64,000 bases of DNA, from positions 1 through 64,000 of the forward strand of contig CAVPQB010000005.1 in NCBI GenBank assembly GCA_963707505.1, in the 5' to 3' direction. A program made the position numbers and the translations under genes. The notes beneath the pieces were generated by a model, which saw only the letters and a list, made by a program, of their open reading frames with translations, was not told where the DNA came from and did no database searches. The stretch's first letter is position 1. Each line of letters opens with the position of its first letter. Of this stretch, positions 34,740 through 44,341 are shown piece by piece. The DNA is from an uncultured Gemmatimonadales bacterium. Its GTDB lineage: Bacteria; Gemmatimonadota; Gemmatimonadetes; Gemmatimonadales; Gemmatimonadaceae.

Positions 34740-35903
34740 GTGTATTCCTCGGCAATCGCCGGCCCGAGCCTCAATCTGGCGCCACCGCGCCCCTTGAGGA
34801 TCGCGCTGGTCACGGAGTACTACTACCCGCACCTGGGTGGCATCTGCGAGCATGTCCATTTTTTTGCGCGTGAAGCTCGAAAACTTGGCCATCACGTCGA
34901 CATCATAACGTCCAATCTTCCCGGCGCGGTCACGGAAAATGGCGTCATCCGGATTGGACGAAGCCAGCCGATCTACGCCAACGGCTCGCAGGCGCGAATT
35001 ACGGTCGGCATGTCGCTCCGGAAGGATATGCGCCGGGTTCTGCAGGAGGGACGCTACGATATCGTCCACGTTCACTCGCCGCTGAGCCCGATCCTTCCGA
35101 TTCTTGCAATCGAGGAAGCCGACTGCCCCACCATCGGCACCTTCCACACCTATTTCGATAAATCCGTCGGGTACCAGCTCGGGCGCAAATATTTTCAGCG
35201 CCGGCTCGATATGCTGGAAGTCGCCATAGCCGTGTCGCACTCGACCACAATCGCTCTCGATCGCTATTTCGAAGCCGACTGGACCATCATTCCCAACGGC
35301 ATCGACATCAATCTCTTCAATCCACACGCATCGCTGCCACCGGGACTGCGTCGCGACGTTCCAGCCATTCTCTTCCTCGGCCGTTTCGATCCGCGTAACG
35401 GGCTCACGACACTCATCGATTCATTCAAGCGCGTGCGCGGCAAGCAACGCGAGGCGCAGCTCGTGGTCGTCGGAGACGGTCCGCTACGCAAGCACTACTT
35501 CCGCGCGGCGGGCAACGATCCAGACATCACATTCGTCGGATCGGTGTTGAAGGCGCGCCCGAGTTACTACGCCCATGCAGCCATGTACGCGTGCCCGACC
35601 ACCAAGGCGTCGTTCGGAATCACGCTGCTCGAGTCGATGGCGTGCGAGACACCGGTAGTGTGTTCGGACATCCTGGGTTTCCGCGACGTCGTCAAGGATG
35701 GGCGCGAGGCGCTCATGGTGCCGTGCGGAAATCGGGATGCACTCGCCGATGCGATGGTGACGCTGCTCGACGACGAGACGCTACGCACGCGGCTCGGCAA
35801 GACCGGCCGGCGCGAAGCGGAGCAGTATGCATGGCCGCGCGTCACCGAACGCGTCCTCGAACAATACGATAGCGTTCTCGCGCGGCGTTCAGCGGCGGCA
35901 TGA
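34740..35903 (+). CDS. GT4 family glycosyltransferase (PimA-like)
   Basis: YYPHLGGICEHV, DIVHVHSP, IIPNGID, LFLGRFDPRNG, SFGITLLESMA. Confidence 0.9.
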   Translation: MYSSAIAGPSLNLAPPRPLRIALVTEYYYPHLGGICEHVHFFAREARKLGHHVDIITSNLPGAVTENGVIRIGRSQPIYANGSQARITVGMSLRKDMRRVLQEGRYDIVHVHSPLSPILPILAIEEADCPTIGTFHTYFDKSVGYQLGRKYFQRRLDMLEVAIAVSHSTTIALDRYFEADWTIIPNGIDINLFNPHASLPPGLRRDVPAILFLGRFDPRNGLTTLIDSFKRVRGKQREAQLVVVGDGPLRKHYFRAAGNDPDITFVGSVLKARPSYYAHAAMYACPTTKASFGITLLESMACETPVVCSDILGFRDVVKDGREALMVPCGNRDALADAMVTLLDDETLRTRLGKTGRREAEQYAWPRVTERVLEQYDSVLARRSAAA

Positions 35904-36586
35904 TCCTACCCGTAGCCGCCGCGGTCGCCGCGGCGGGGACGGCTGCGTACGGGGCATTTTACAGGAACAGTCCCGTCTTCGGCAGCGTCCTGCATCAGCT
36001 CCCGACATCCGACCGTGCCGTCTCGCTCACGTTCGACGACGGCCCCAATCCATACGCGACGCCGCTCGTCCTGGACGCGCTCGGCAAGGCCGGCGTCAGC
36101 GCGACCTTCTTCTTTCTCGGCAGACATGTGGAACGCTGGCCCGAGATCGCGCACCGCGCCGCCGCCGAGGGACATCAGATTGGCAACCACGGCTACTACC
36201 ATCGGAAGCTCCACTTGCGCAGCATCGGATACGTGCGCGACGACCTCGGGCGCGGCAAGGCGGCGATCGAAGCTGCATGCGCGGTGACGCCCGCGTTCTT
36301 TCGCGCACCGCACGGATTCCGCAGCCCGTGGGTCACGGCGATAGCCCGCTCGCTGGGCGAGCGCACCGTCGGTTGGTCGCTCGGTGTCTGGGATACCGAT
36401 CTGCCCGGCACGGATGCGATCGTGGCCAGAACGGTCGAAGGAGCCCGCGCGGGACACATCTTGCTTCTCCACGACGGCGATGGATACGACCCAGTTGGCG
36501 ACCGGACCCAGACGGCGCACGCGATCCCGCAGATCGTCAGCAAGCTGCATGATCGCGGCTTCACATTCGCGACTTTGCCGCGATGA
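35900..36586 (+). CDS. NodB/CE4 polysaccharide deacetylase with an N-terminal hydrophobic segment
   Basis: LTFDDGP, ATFFFLG, GNHGYYH, FRAPHG, ILLLHD. Confidence 0.92.
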   Translation: MILPVAAAVAAAGTAAYGAFYRNSPVFGSVLHQLPTSDRAVSLTFDDGPNPYATPLVLDALGKAGVSATFFFLGRHVERWPEIAHRAAAEGHQIGNHGYYHRKLHLRSIGYVRDDLGRGKAAIEAACAVTPAFFRAPHGFRSPWVTAIARSLGERTVGWSLGVWDTDLPGTDAIVARTVEGARAGHILLLHDGDGYDPVGDRTQTAHAIPQIVSKLHDRGFTFATLPR

Positions 36587-37572
36587 ATCGCGGTAGGATC
36601 GGCAGGTGGGTTCGCCTGACGTTGTCGGCCGCGATCATCGTTCTGCTGATCCTCTTCGCGAGGAAAGTCGACTGGGGCCAGGCGTGGCATGCGATGATAA
36701 CTGCGTCGCGTCCGCTCCTGCTCGCTGCGCTCGCGGTGAACCTTCTCACCCTCGTCGCGCGCGGCGTGAGATGGTGGATTCTGCTTCGCGCCGTCGGGTC
36801 CCCATCGCTGGCTCTGTGCATGCGCGCAACGTTCGCCGGCGCGGGTCTCAACAACGTACTCGTTGCGAACGGCGGCGACGCGGCACGCATAGTATTTGTC
36901 ACGCGATCCAGCGGGGTGCCGGCGGCCCGAGTGCTGGCGACTGCGGCGCTTGACCGTCTGTTCGATCCCATCGGCTTCATAGTGCTGTTGGCCGTGGGTC
37001 TCGCGGTATTTACCCTTCCACCAGAGTTTGAAGTCCTGCGCTGGCCCGTAGTCATCGCGCTGATCGTTATCACCATCGCGCTCGTATGGCTTGCCAGAAC
37101 GGCACCCGACGCGGAAGCCGAGCAGATCGTGGAGCGACGCGCGGCCCCGCGAGGGTGGCGAGCCCGGGCGCTGGCGTGGCTCCGCGAGTTCGGCGGCAGC
37201 ATGCGCGAGTTGGCGACGGGGCCAAGAATCGTCCCTCTGCTCGTGTTGACCATCCTCGCATGGTTGGGTCAGTTGGCGACGTTCGTCTATGCGGCGCGCG
37301 CAGCGCGCATACATCTGCCGGTTCAGGGAAGCCTCGCTGCGCTGCTCGCCGTCAACGTCTCGCTGGTCGTTCGCGCGACGCCTGGCAACGTCGGCTTCTT
37401 CCAGTTCGCGTACGCACTCGCTACAGCGCCGTTCGGGACGGTCGAAGCGAACGCGGTTGCCGTCGCGGTCCTGATCCAGGCACTGCAGATCATTCCGACG
37501 ACGCTGATCGGCGTCGCACTCGCGCCGGAGTTCATTTTCCGCAGGAAAGCAAAAACGCCGGCAGCGGTATGA
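36583..37572 (+). CDS. Lysylphosphatidylglycerol-synthase TM (MprF flippase-like/UPF0104) membrane protein
   Basis: Multi-TM protein with RGVRWWILL, LNNVLVANGGDAAR, DRLFD, TPGNVGFFQ. Confidence 0.85.
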   Translation: MNRGRIGRWVRLTLSAAIIVLLILFARKVDWGQAWHAMITASRPLLLAALAVNLLTLVARGVRWWILLRAVGSPSLALCMRATFAGAGLNNVLVANGGDAARIVFVTRSSGVPAARVLATAALDRLFDPIGFIVLLAVGLAVFTLPPEFEVLRWPVVIALIVITIALVWLARTAPDAEAEQIVERRAAPRGWRARALAWLREFGGSMRELATGPRIVPLLVLTILAWLGQLATFVYAARAARIHLPVQGSLAALLAVNVSLVVRATPGNVGFFQFAYALATAPFGTVEANAVAVAVLIQALQIIPTTLIGVALAPEFIFRRKAKTPAAV

Positions 37573-37590
37573 CCCGCTGCCGGCGTTTTT
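37551..37590. terminator. Bidirectional intrinsic terminator
   Basis: AAAAACGCCGGCAGCGG-TATGAC-CCGCTGCCGGCGTTTTT perfect inverted repeat between the convergent flippase gene and tmRNA. Confidence 0.88.
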
Positions 37591-37608
37591 GGTGTTAGTG
37601 GAAATGTA

Positions 37609-37975
37609 GGTGGAGGCGCGGGGATTCGAACCCCGGTCCGAAGCAAGATTCACCACAGCATCTACGTGCGTAGCCTTCGCTTTTTTGTCTCTCCAATCGC
37701 GACCCGGAAGGCGGGGCTACGACTGGACAAGGTTTCTGGAATTTCGCGATTAAGGGGAAACCGCCCCTAGCCACTATCCCGAATTTGCAATACCTGGTCG
37801 GCGCGTCAGGAGCGCTCCGATTCAGGCAGGTGCAGTAACCGCTTTACAGCAGGTTACGCAGCCAGGGCCAAGTTGTCGTTGGCAGTTGTGAAGATTCCCA
37901 GATTTTTTTACGAGGTTCCAGGAACCTCGGCACGCGGCCACAGCTTCACTAACCCCGTCGAAGCCGGTCGCCCCC
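37609..37975 (-). ncRNA. ssrA: tmRNA
   Basis: 5' GGGGGCGACCGGCTTCGACGGGG; 3' GGACCGGGGTTCGAATCCCCGCGCCTCCACC with G3.U70; tag frame 37883-37854 reads ANDNLALAA*. Confidence 0.97.
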
Positions 37976-38113
37976 ATAACATGAAACTAATACCCCGCGT
38001 AAGGCCCCGGTTCCATTCCCCGCACCACGTGGAATGTAAAGCGGCACGGCTGGCCCGGACCAAAACCTCAAAACGACTTTAAATGACGGTGCCTAAATCG
38101 TTACCCCACAACA

Positions 38114-39616
38114 TCATAACCCACCAGCGATAACCTTATCCCGGCCGCCCCTCTTTGCCGCGTACAGCGCCCGGTCCGCCGCGGAAAACAGCTCGTCTCT
38201 ATCCCGCGCCCCTTCCGGGTAGGTAGCCAATCCCAATGACACCGTCACGTGGATCTCCCGTCCGCCGATGACGAACGGTCTACCACCCACCGCGCTCCTG
38301 AGACGCTCCGCAAGCTGGCATCCGCCGGCAAGATCCGTCTGTGGCAGAAGGAGCGCCATCTCCTCGCCTCCGTATCTCGCGCAGAGATCGACGTTACGGA
38401 CCTCCGCCTGCAAAGCTGCCGCAACCCGCTTGAGCACCTCGTCACCCACCTGGTGCCCGTACGTGTCGTTGACGTGCTTGAACCGATCGACATCGACCAC
38501 CACGAGCGTGCACGAGCCGCCGAACCGGTTGGTCTCCATGACTATGCGCGTCAGCCGTTCCTCGAACTGCTGCCGATTGGCCAACCCGGTCAGGGCATCC
38601 GTCCGCGCGCGTTTGTTTATCTCCTCGATCTCCCAGACAGTTTCAAGTGCGTGAGCCGCCATCACGCCGAGCAGGCGCAGGTTCTTGGCGTCGGTCGGGC
38701 TGATCGTGATGGGCAGCTCGTTCTCCATCACGAGAGCGCCGATGACTCCGTCGCCACCACGCAGCGGGACTATCGCAAGCGCACCGAGCGTATGCTGCTC
38801 CTCGTCCCCACCAAAGACGACGAAACCACGGTCGCGATCCGTCGCGTCCTCTATCAGCACTGGGTAATCACCGATGCACGCCGCGCCCACCTGGCTCTCA
38901 GGCGTGACGATGGAGCCAGCGACTACGGGATGTCCACGAATCGAATACGCGACCTCACCGGCCGGCCGCGACGCGTTCCAGCGCACCAGCGCGACCCGCC
39001 GCGTGCCCATCATGTGCGACGCGGCGGTACAGAGCGATGCACCGAGATCTGCGACGGTTCGGTGATCCTGCAGCTGTGTCGCCATGAGCAGCAGCAAGTC
39101 AGCGTGCCGTTCCGACTGTGTCACCGCGGCCTGCGCATCGAGCAGCGACCGAAGCGTCGCCACCCTGCGGCCAAGCCGCGGGAGCCACGTGCGGAGCTGT
39201 TCCCGCGGAAGCTTGAGCGCACCACGATCTCCGGCAGCGACCGCCAGCACATGATGCGCACCGGTCGTCGATGGTATCGGCGTCGCAGCAAATGCGACGC
39301 GCTCACCGTCCGTGGAAATCTCTCCAGCGTTCTGATTCGCAGCCCACGCAATCAAACCATTCCCACGCGCGTCGAGCTCCGGCTCCTGACCATCGGCGCT
39401 CACGAATTCCATCAAACGCGGCGCGGCCGCTGGATCAGCTGCATCCCACACCGACGCGTGCACACCACCAAAGAGCTCGCGAACATCCGCAAGGACGTCC
39501 GTGATGGGCGTGTGCTCCAGCGATGCCGCGGGATCAGTACTACGCAGCCTCGGCGATCGCGTCGCTCGTTGTATCAGCGGTTCCCCCGACCAGGTCGTCG
39601 TCACCATTTCGCGCAC
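38114..39616 (-). CDS. GAF-domain diguanylate cyclase
   Basis: DALTGLANR, DVDRFKHVNDTYGHQVGD, I-site RNVD, ARYGGEEM; upstream GAF (IVPLRGGDGVIGALVM). Confidence 0.93.
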   Translation of the reverse strand: MREMVTTTWSGEPLIQRATRSPRLRSTDPAASLEHTPITDVLADVRELFGGVHASVWDAADPAAAPRLMEFVSADGQEPELDARGNGLIAWAANQNAGEISTDGERVAFAATPIPSTTGAHHVLAVAAGDRGALKLPREQLRTWLPRLGRRVATLRSLLDAQAAVTQSERHADLLLLMATQLQDHRTVADLGASLCTAASHMMGTRRVALVRWNASRPAGEVAYSIRGHPVVAGSIVTPESQVGAACIGDYPVLIEDATDRDRGFVVFGGDEEQHTLGALAIVPLRGGDGVIGALVMENELPITISPTDAKNLRLLGVMAAHALETVWEIEEINKRARTDALTGLANRQQFEERLTRIVMETNRFGGSCTLVVVDVDRFKHVNDTYGHQVGDEVLKRVAAALQAEVRNVDLCARYGGEEMALLLPQTDLAGGCQLAERLRSAVGGRPFVIGGREIHVTVSLGLATYPEGARDRDELFSAADRALYAAKRGGRDKVIAGGL

Positions 39617-40595
39617 CGTAAGGGTGGGACAGGTAGTCGTCGAAGATTGCTTCGACCTCAGTGATGGATCGAACGGCGTACAACTTCTTGCGCAGCTCAG
39701 CCGATCCCGGCAAGCCCTTCACGTACCAGCCAAGGTGCTTCCGAAACTCAACCGCGGCCCCGCGGGGATCCAGCTCGAACTCGTCGGCCATGTGTGCGTG
39801 CTCGAGCGCAATTGCGAGACGCTCCCGCACCGGAGGCGCCGGCCGCTTCTCGCGCCCCTCGAGCAAGTCCCGCGTCTGATCGAAGATCCAGGGTTGCCCG
39901 AACGATCCTCGTGCAATCATGATTCCGGTGCAACCAGTCTGGCGATGCATCTCGATCGCGTCTTCGGCGGACTTGATGTCGCCGTTGCCGAGCACCGGAA
40001 TGTCCAGCGCATCGACAACCGCGGCGATCTCATCCCATCGTGCAGCGCCGCTGTACATCTGCGCCCGCGTGCGAGGGTGCAGAGTAAGCACCGTCGCACC
40101 GGCATCCTGACACCGTAGCGCGATCTCTACCGGGTTCCGCATCTCCTCGCTCCAGCCGCTGCGGATCTTGACCGTTACAGGTAGCGGTGTCGCGGCCGCA
40201 ACTGCCTTGATGACTGACTCGACCAGTCCGAGATCCTTGAGGCAGCCCGATCCGCCATTCCGCTTCACGACCTTCTTGACCGGACAGCCGAAGTTGATAT
40301 CGATGAACTCCGGCTGGAAGACATCGGATACAAGCCGCGCAGCGTCGCCCATCGCCGCCGGCTCCGCACCGAAAATCTGCACACCAATGGGACGTTCGTC
40401 GGCACCAAACCGAAGTTTGGCCAGTGTGGCCTCATTCTCGCGCCGTATTGCTTCGGCTGAAAGAAATTCGGTTACAACGACGTCGGCGCCAAAGCGATGA
40501 CAGATGCGTCGGAAGGGCGACTCGGACACTCCGGCCATCGGCGCCAGATACAGTGGCGTAGCTGCCGCAATGGGGAATGGGAATGTCCTGGTCAT
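39540..40595 (-). CDS. dusB: tRNA-dihydrouridine synthase B
   Basis: LAPMAGVS, VQIFG, DINFGCP, VTVKIRSGW, LHPRT, NGDI, MIARG, RKHLGWY. Confidence 0.95.
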   Translation of the reverse strand: MTRTFPFPIAAATPLYLAPMAGVSESPFRRICHRFGADVVVTEFLSAEAIRRENEATLAKLRFGADERPIGVQIFGAEPAAMGDAARLVSDVFQPEFIDINFGCPVKKVVKRNGGSGCLKDLGLVESVIKAVAAATPLPVTVKIRSGWSEEMRNPVEIALRCQDAGATVLTLHPRTRAQMYSGAARWDEIAAVVDALDIPVLGNGDIKSAEDAIEMHRQTGCTGIMIARGSFGQPWIFDQTRDLLEGREKRPAPPVRERLAIALEHAHMADEFELDPRGAAVEFRKHLGWYVKGLPGSAELRKKLYAVRSITEVEAIFDDYLSHPYGARNGDDDLVGGTADTTSDAIAEAA

Positions 40596-40602
40596 GACGT
40601 TG

Positions 40603-40631
40603 AAGCTAATGTTCGCTCCGAAGGTGGGCAA
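40603..40631 (-). promoter_or_regulatory. sigma70-like promoter for dusB, probably leaderless
   Basis: TTGCCC-N17-TAGCTT-N7-ATG(40595). Confidence 0.6.
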
Positions 40632-40640
40632 CGCGCGTAT

Positions 40641-40669
40641 TTGACATGACTGTGGGCCGAAAGTACCTT
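40641..40669 (+). promoter_or_regulatory. sigma70-like promoter for the PTS IIA gene
   Basis: TTGACA-N17-TACCTT. Confidence 0.65.
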
Positions 40670-40719
40670 GGACGGTTCACCCCGAAGTGCCCGCTCCGCC
40701 CGCACCCGCAACAGACGCA

Positions 40720-41172
40720 ATGGAACTACGCGAATTCTTCTCCGAAGATGCGATTTCGCTCGACCTCAAGGCCGACAACAAGGACGACATCCTTCGCGAG
40801 CTAATTTCGCTCCTGAAGTTGGACGAAAAGTCCGAAGGGATGCTGTTCAAGATGTTGAAGCGCCGTGAGAACCTTGGCTCGACCGGTATCGGTCGCGGGA
40901 TTGCAATCCCGCACTGCCGCTCGCTGGTCGTCAACAAGCTCAGAGTCGCCTTCGGCCGCAAACCGAACGGAGTCGACTTCAAGGCGATCGACGAAAAGCC
41001 CGTCTACTTCTTCTTTCTGATCGTCGCGCCGCCGCTGGAGGTGTCGAACCAGTACCTGCCAGTACTCGGTAAGATTGCCCAGTTCAGCAAGGAATCCGAC
41101 GTTCCCGGCCGACTCCTGGAGCTGACCGAGCCGTCCCAGTTCATGGCGTTGTTGAAGGAAAAGGGCGTGTAA
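40720..41172 (+). CDS. Stand-alone PTS EIIA protein (Fru/Mtl/Ntr family)
   Basis: RENLGSTGIGRGIAIPHCR (phospho-His), GVDFKAIDEKPV. Confidence 0.92.
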   Translation: MELREFFSEDAISLDLKADNKDDILRELISLLKLDEKSEGMLFKMLKRRENLGSTGIGRGIAIPHCRSLVVNKLRVAFGRKPNGVDFKAIDEKPVYFFFLIVAPPLEVSNQYLPVLGKIAQFSKESDVPGRLLELTEPSQFMALLKEKGV

Positions 41173-41182
41173 CGTGGCAGTT

Positions 41183-41208
41183 GTAGGGCGGGCCCCCGTG
41201 CCCGCCCT
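41183..41208 (+). repeat. GTAG-type REP-like hairpin or terminator
   Basis: GTAG overlapping the stem AGGGCGGGC-CCCCGT-GCCCGCCCT, between convergent genes. Confidence 0.5.
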
Positions 41209-41246
41209 CTTAACGGGATATCGAAAGCCGCGCCCAGTGCGTCAGG

Positions 41247-42269
41247 TCAGCGCCACCCCAGCGCGGGCGCCACGTGCGTAAGAATCGCCTCGATGACGTG
41301 CGCGTTGTAATCCACGCCAAGCTGATTAGGAACGGTCAGGAGGAGAGTGTCAGCCTCGGCGATTCCCTCGTCATTCCGTAGCTGCTCCACGAGTACATCC
41401 GGCTCCGCAGCGTAGCTTCGACCAAAGATTGCACGCGTTTTCTCGTCGATGTAGCCGATCTGGTCCGCGTCCGCGCCCTCACGCCCGAAGTAGGCACGAT
41501 CTCGATCGGTGACGAGCGCAAAGATGCTGCGACTGACAGAGACGCGCGGCTTGCGCGCATGCCCGGCCTCTTCCCACGCCTTGCGGAATGCCCGGATCTG
41601 CGCCGCCTGCTGGACATGGAAAGGCTCTCCCGTCTCGTCGTCCTTGAGAGTCGAGCTTTGCAGATTCATGCCGAGCTTTGCCGCCCACACGGCGGTGGAA
41701 TTGGATCCTGCGCCCCACCAGATCCGGTCGCGCAGCCCCTCGGAATGCGGCTCGATGCGCAGCAGGCCCGGCGGATTTGCAAACATCGGCCGCGGACTCG
41801 GCTGCGCGAATCCCTCACCGCGCAGCCGGTCGAGGAATGCCTCCGCGTGCGCGCGGCCCATGTCGGCGTCACTCTGTCCTGCTGACGGACTGTAGCCGAA
41901 ATACCGCCAGCCATCGACCACCTGCTCCGGCGAGCCGCGGCTTATCCCCAGTTGCAACCGCCCACCGGCAATGATGTCGGCGGCTCCCGCATCTTCCACC
42001 ATGTAGGATGGATTCTCGTACCGCATGTCGATGACAGCCGTGCCGATCTCGATACGACTCGTCCTCGCACCGACTGCGGCAAGAAGCGGGAACGGCGACG
42101 CGAGTTGGCGGGCGAAGTGGTGAACGCGAAAATACGCGCCATCCGCACCCAGCGACTCGGCGGCAACGGCGAGATCGATGGATTGCAGCAGCGCGTCGGC
42201 CGCCGATCGTGTTTGCGATTGCGACGAGGGCGTCCAGTGTCCGAACGACAGAAAGCCGATCTTCTTCAT
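41247..42269 (-). CDS. Luciferase-like (LLM class) flavin-dependent oxidoreductase
   Basis: IGFLSFGHW, AYFRVHHF, IEIGTAVIDMRYENP, GRLQLGISRGS, IWWGAGS. Confidence 0.92.
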   Translation of the reverse strand: MKKIGFLSFGHWTPSSQSQTRSAADALLQSIDLAVAAESLGADGAYFRVHHFARQLASPFPLLAAVGARTSRIEIGTAVIDMRYENPSYMVEDAGAADIIAGGRLQLGISRGSPEQVVDGWRYFGYSPSAGQSDADMGRAHAEAFLDRLRGEGFAQPSPRPMFANPPGLLRIEPHSEGLRDRIWWGAGSNSTAVWAAKLGMNLQSSTLKDDETGEPFHVQQAAQIRAFRKAWEEAGHARKPRVSVSRSIFALVTDRDRAYFGREGADADQIGYIDEKTRAIFGRSYAAEPDVLVEQLRNDEGIAEADTLLLTVPNQLGVDYNAHVIEAILTHVAPALGWR

Positions 42270-42297
42270 TACAGCAGAGCCTGACCGCGCGTGTCGA

Positions 42298-43845
42298 TCA
42301 TTCCCACTCTATAGTCGCCGGCGGCTTCGAGCTCACATCGTACGCAACGCGGTTCACCCCGTCGACCTCGTTCATGATGCGATTCGATATCCGTCCGAGC
42401 ACGTCATAGGGAAAGTGATACCAGTCAGCCGTCATTCCATCCGTGCTGGTGACTGCGCGCAACGCGAGCACGTTTTCATACGTCCGCTCGTCACCCATCA
42501 CTCCAACGCTGCGGATCGGCAACAATACCGCGAATGCCTGCCAGATCGTATCGTACAATCCTGCTGAGCGAATCTCTTCGAGATAGATCGCGTCCGCGCG
42601 CCGCAATACTTCGAGCTTCGCCGGCGTGACGTCGCCCAGCACGCGTATCGCGAGTCCCGGTCCCGGAAATGGGTGTCGACCCACCATCTCCTCGGGCAGG
42701 CCGAGCTCGCGTCCGACGTTGCGCACCTCGTCCTTGAACAGCTCACGCAATGGCTCGATCAGGGCGAACTTCATGTCGCTCTTGAGTCCACCGACGTTGT
42801 GATGCGTCTTGATCGTCACCGACGCACCGCCGGTCGGCGAGAACGACTCGATCACGTCTGGATACAACGTGCCCTGCACCAGAAAGCGAACGTTGTCGCC
42901 AACTTTCGCGGCAGTCGCTTCGAATACGTCGATGAACGTATGCCCGATGATCTTGCGCTTCTTCTCCGGATCTTCGATGCCCTTCAACGCGCCAAGGAAT
43001 TCCGCGCTCGCATCCACGGTGATGAGATTCACGCCCATGTGCGCGCGAAACGTGCGCTCGACCTGCTCGCGCTCGTGCATTCGCAGCAACCCCGTGTCCA
43101 CGAAGATGCAGGTAAGCTGATCTCCAACCGCACGGTGCACGAGCGCGGCTGCAACCGATGAATCGACACCGCCCGAAAGCCCGCAGATCACACGGGCGTC
43201 GCCAACGAGCGCGCGGACACGCTCGACTTCGCGCTCTGCGAATGAGCCCGGCGTCCATGTGGGATGCAAACCGCAAACACGGAACAGAAAGTTCTCGATC
43301 AGCTCCCGGCCGCGCGGCGTATGTGCAACTTCCGGATGGAACTGCACGCCGAATATCGGCCGTGTCTCATGCCGGAATGCCGTGACTGGATTGGACCCGC
43401 TCCGCGCTGTTACTGAAAAACCAGGAGGTGGCGATTCAACGTGGTCGCCGTGGCTCATCCATGCCTCGAGGCACTCTCCGCCTTCGAAGCCGGCGAAGAG
43501 CGCGTCCGGCTCCGTGACGCAGACTTCCGCGCGGCCGTACTCGCGTTTTCCTGCGCGCAGAACTGTCGCGCCGGAAAGCTGCGCAATCAGTTGCATGCCG
43601 TAGCAGATGCCCAGCACGGGCGCCACGCCGAGCAATGCGGGGTCTGCCGTCGGAGCGGATTCGTCGTATACCGAGTTGGGGCCGCCGCTGAAGATTATAC
43701 CGGAGGGATTCCACTCGCGAACCCACTCCAGCGTTCGCGTCGGAGGATGGATCTCGCAGTACACCCGCGCTTCGCGCACGCGTCGCGCTATCAGTTGCGT
43801 GTACTGCGCCCCAAAATCAAGAATCAGAATTCTTTCCGGATTCAT
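42298..43845 (-). CDS. guaA: GMP synthase (glutamine-hydrolysing)
   Basis: [50 protein letters not shown]. Confidence 0.98.
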   Translation of the reverse strand: MNPERILILDFGAQYTQLIARRVREARVYCEIHPPTRTLEWVREWNPSGIIFSGGPNSVYDESAPTADPALLGVAPVLGICYGMQLIAQLSGATVLRAGKREYGRAEVCVTEPDALFAGFEGGECLEAWMSHGDHVESPPPGFSVTARSGSNPVTAFRHETRPIFGVQFHPEVAHTPRGRELIENFLFRVCGLHPTWTPGSFAEREVERVRALVGDARVICGLSGGVDSSVAAALVHRAVGDQLTCIFVDTGLLRMHEREQVERTFRAHMGVNLITVDASAEFLGALKGIEDPEKKRKIIGHTFIDVFEATAAKVGDNVRFLVQGTLYPDVIESFSPTGGASVTIKTHHNVGGLKSDMKFALIEPLRELFKDEVRNVGRELGLPEEMVGRHPFPGPGLAIRVLGDVTPAKLEVLRRADAIYLEEIRSAGLYDTIWQAFAVLLPIRSVGVMGDERTYENVLALRAVTSTDGMTADWYHFPYDVLGRISNRIMNEVDGVNRVAYDVSSKPPATIEWE

Positions 43846-43852
43846 CCAGCTC

Positions 43853-44341
43853 TCAAAGTTTGATGATTTCCACTTCGCGCGTATCCAGATCGACCAGCGC
43901 GGCGGTGCACGACCCGTACAACCAGCCGCATGCCTCGCCTGGGTTCAGGATCAGCGTGTCTCCCCTGCTCTTCATCTCGGCCTGGTGCGAGTTGCCGTGG
44001 AACACGAAGTGGTGCTTGTCCAGCGACCGTTGATGCACCTCACCGATGTCGTGAACGATGAGTATCTGCTTGCCCGACACTTCAAAGCTGTGCGGAGACT
44101 CGTACAGCTCGGTTCCCACTCCCTGCGCTGCCACCGCTGCGAGGCCCTCGGGATCTCCATCGTTCCGACCGAAGACGCCGAGCATCGGGATGTTGGCGTC
44201 GTTCACTGGCGTCAGCGAAAAGGGAGAACAGTGATCTCCGGCGTGCATCAGCAGACTTGCACCGCCAGCTATCATACGCGCGACGAGCTCCGCGATCGCG
44301 GGAACCCTGTCGTGCGTATCGGCCATGATTCCGACTCGCAT
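43853..44341 (-). CDS. YfcE/MJ0936-type metallophosphoesterase
   Basis: ADTHD, HAGD, GRND, VH, HGNSH, NPGE. Confidence 0.88.
   Translation of the reverse strand: MRVGIMADTHDRVPAIAELVARMIAGGASLLMHAGDHCSPFSLTPVNDANIPMLGVFGRNDGDPEGLAAVAAQGVGTELYESPHSFEVSGKQILIVHDIGEVHQRSLDKHHFVFHGNSHQAEMKSRGDTLILNPGEACGWLYGSCTAALVDLDTREVEIIKL

Noticed and set aside
34740..36586. GT4 plus deacetylase as bshA/bshB
   Set aside because: The deacetylase is NodB/CE4 rather than the PIG-L family of BshB, and the coupled flippase points to a lipid product
37590..38114. Genomic island at ssrA
   Set aside because: No integrase, no att duplication, and the flanking genes look like core genes
33269..39664. Long antisense ORFs such as 33269-34639, 36196-37656 and 38249-39664
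   Set aside because: Shadow ORFs of real genes in high-GC DNA, with no recognisable motifs
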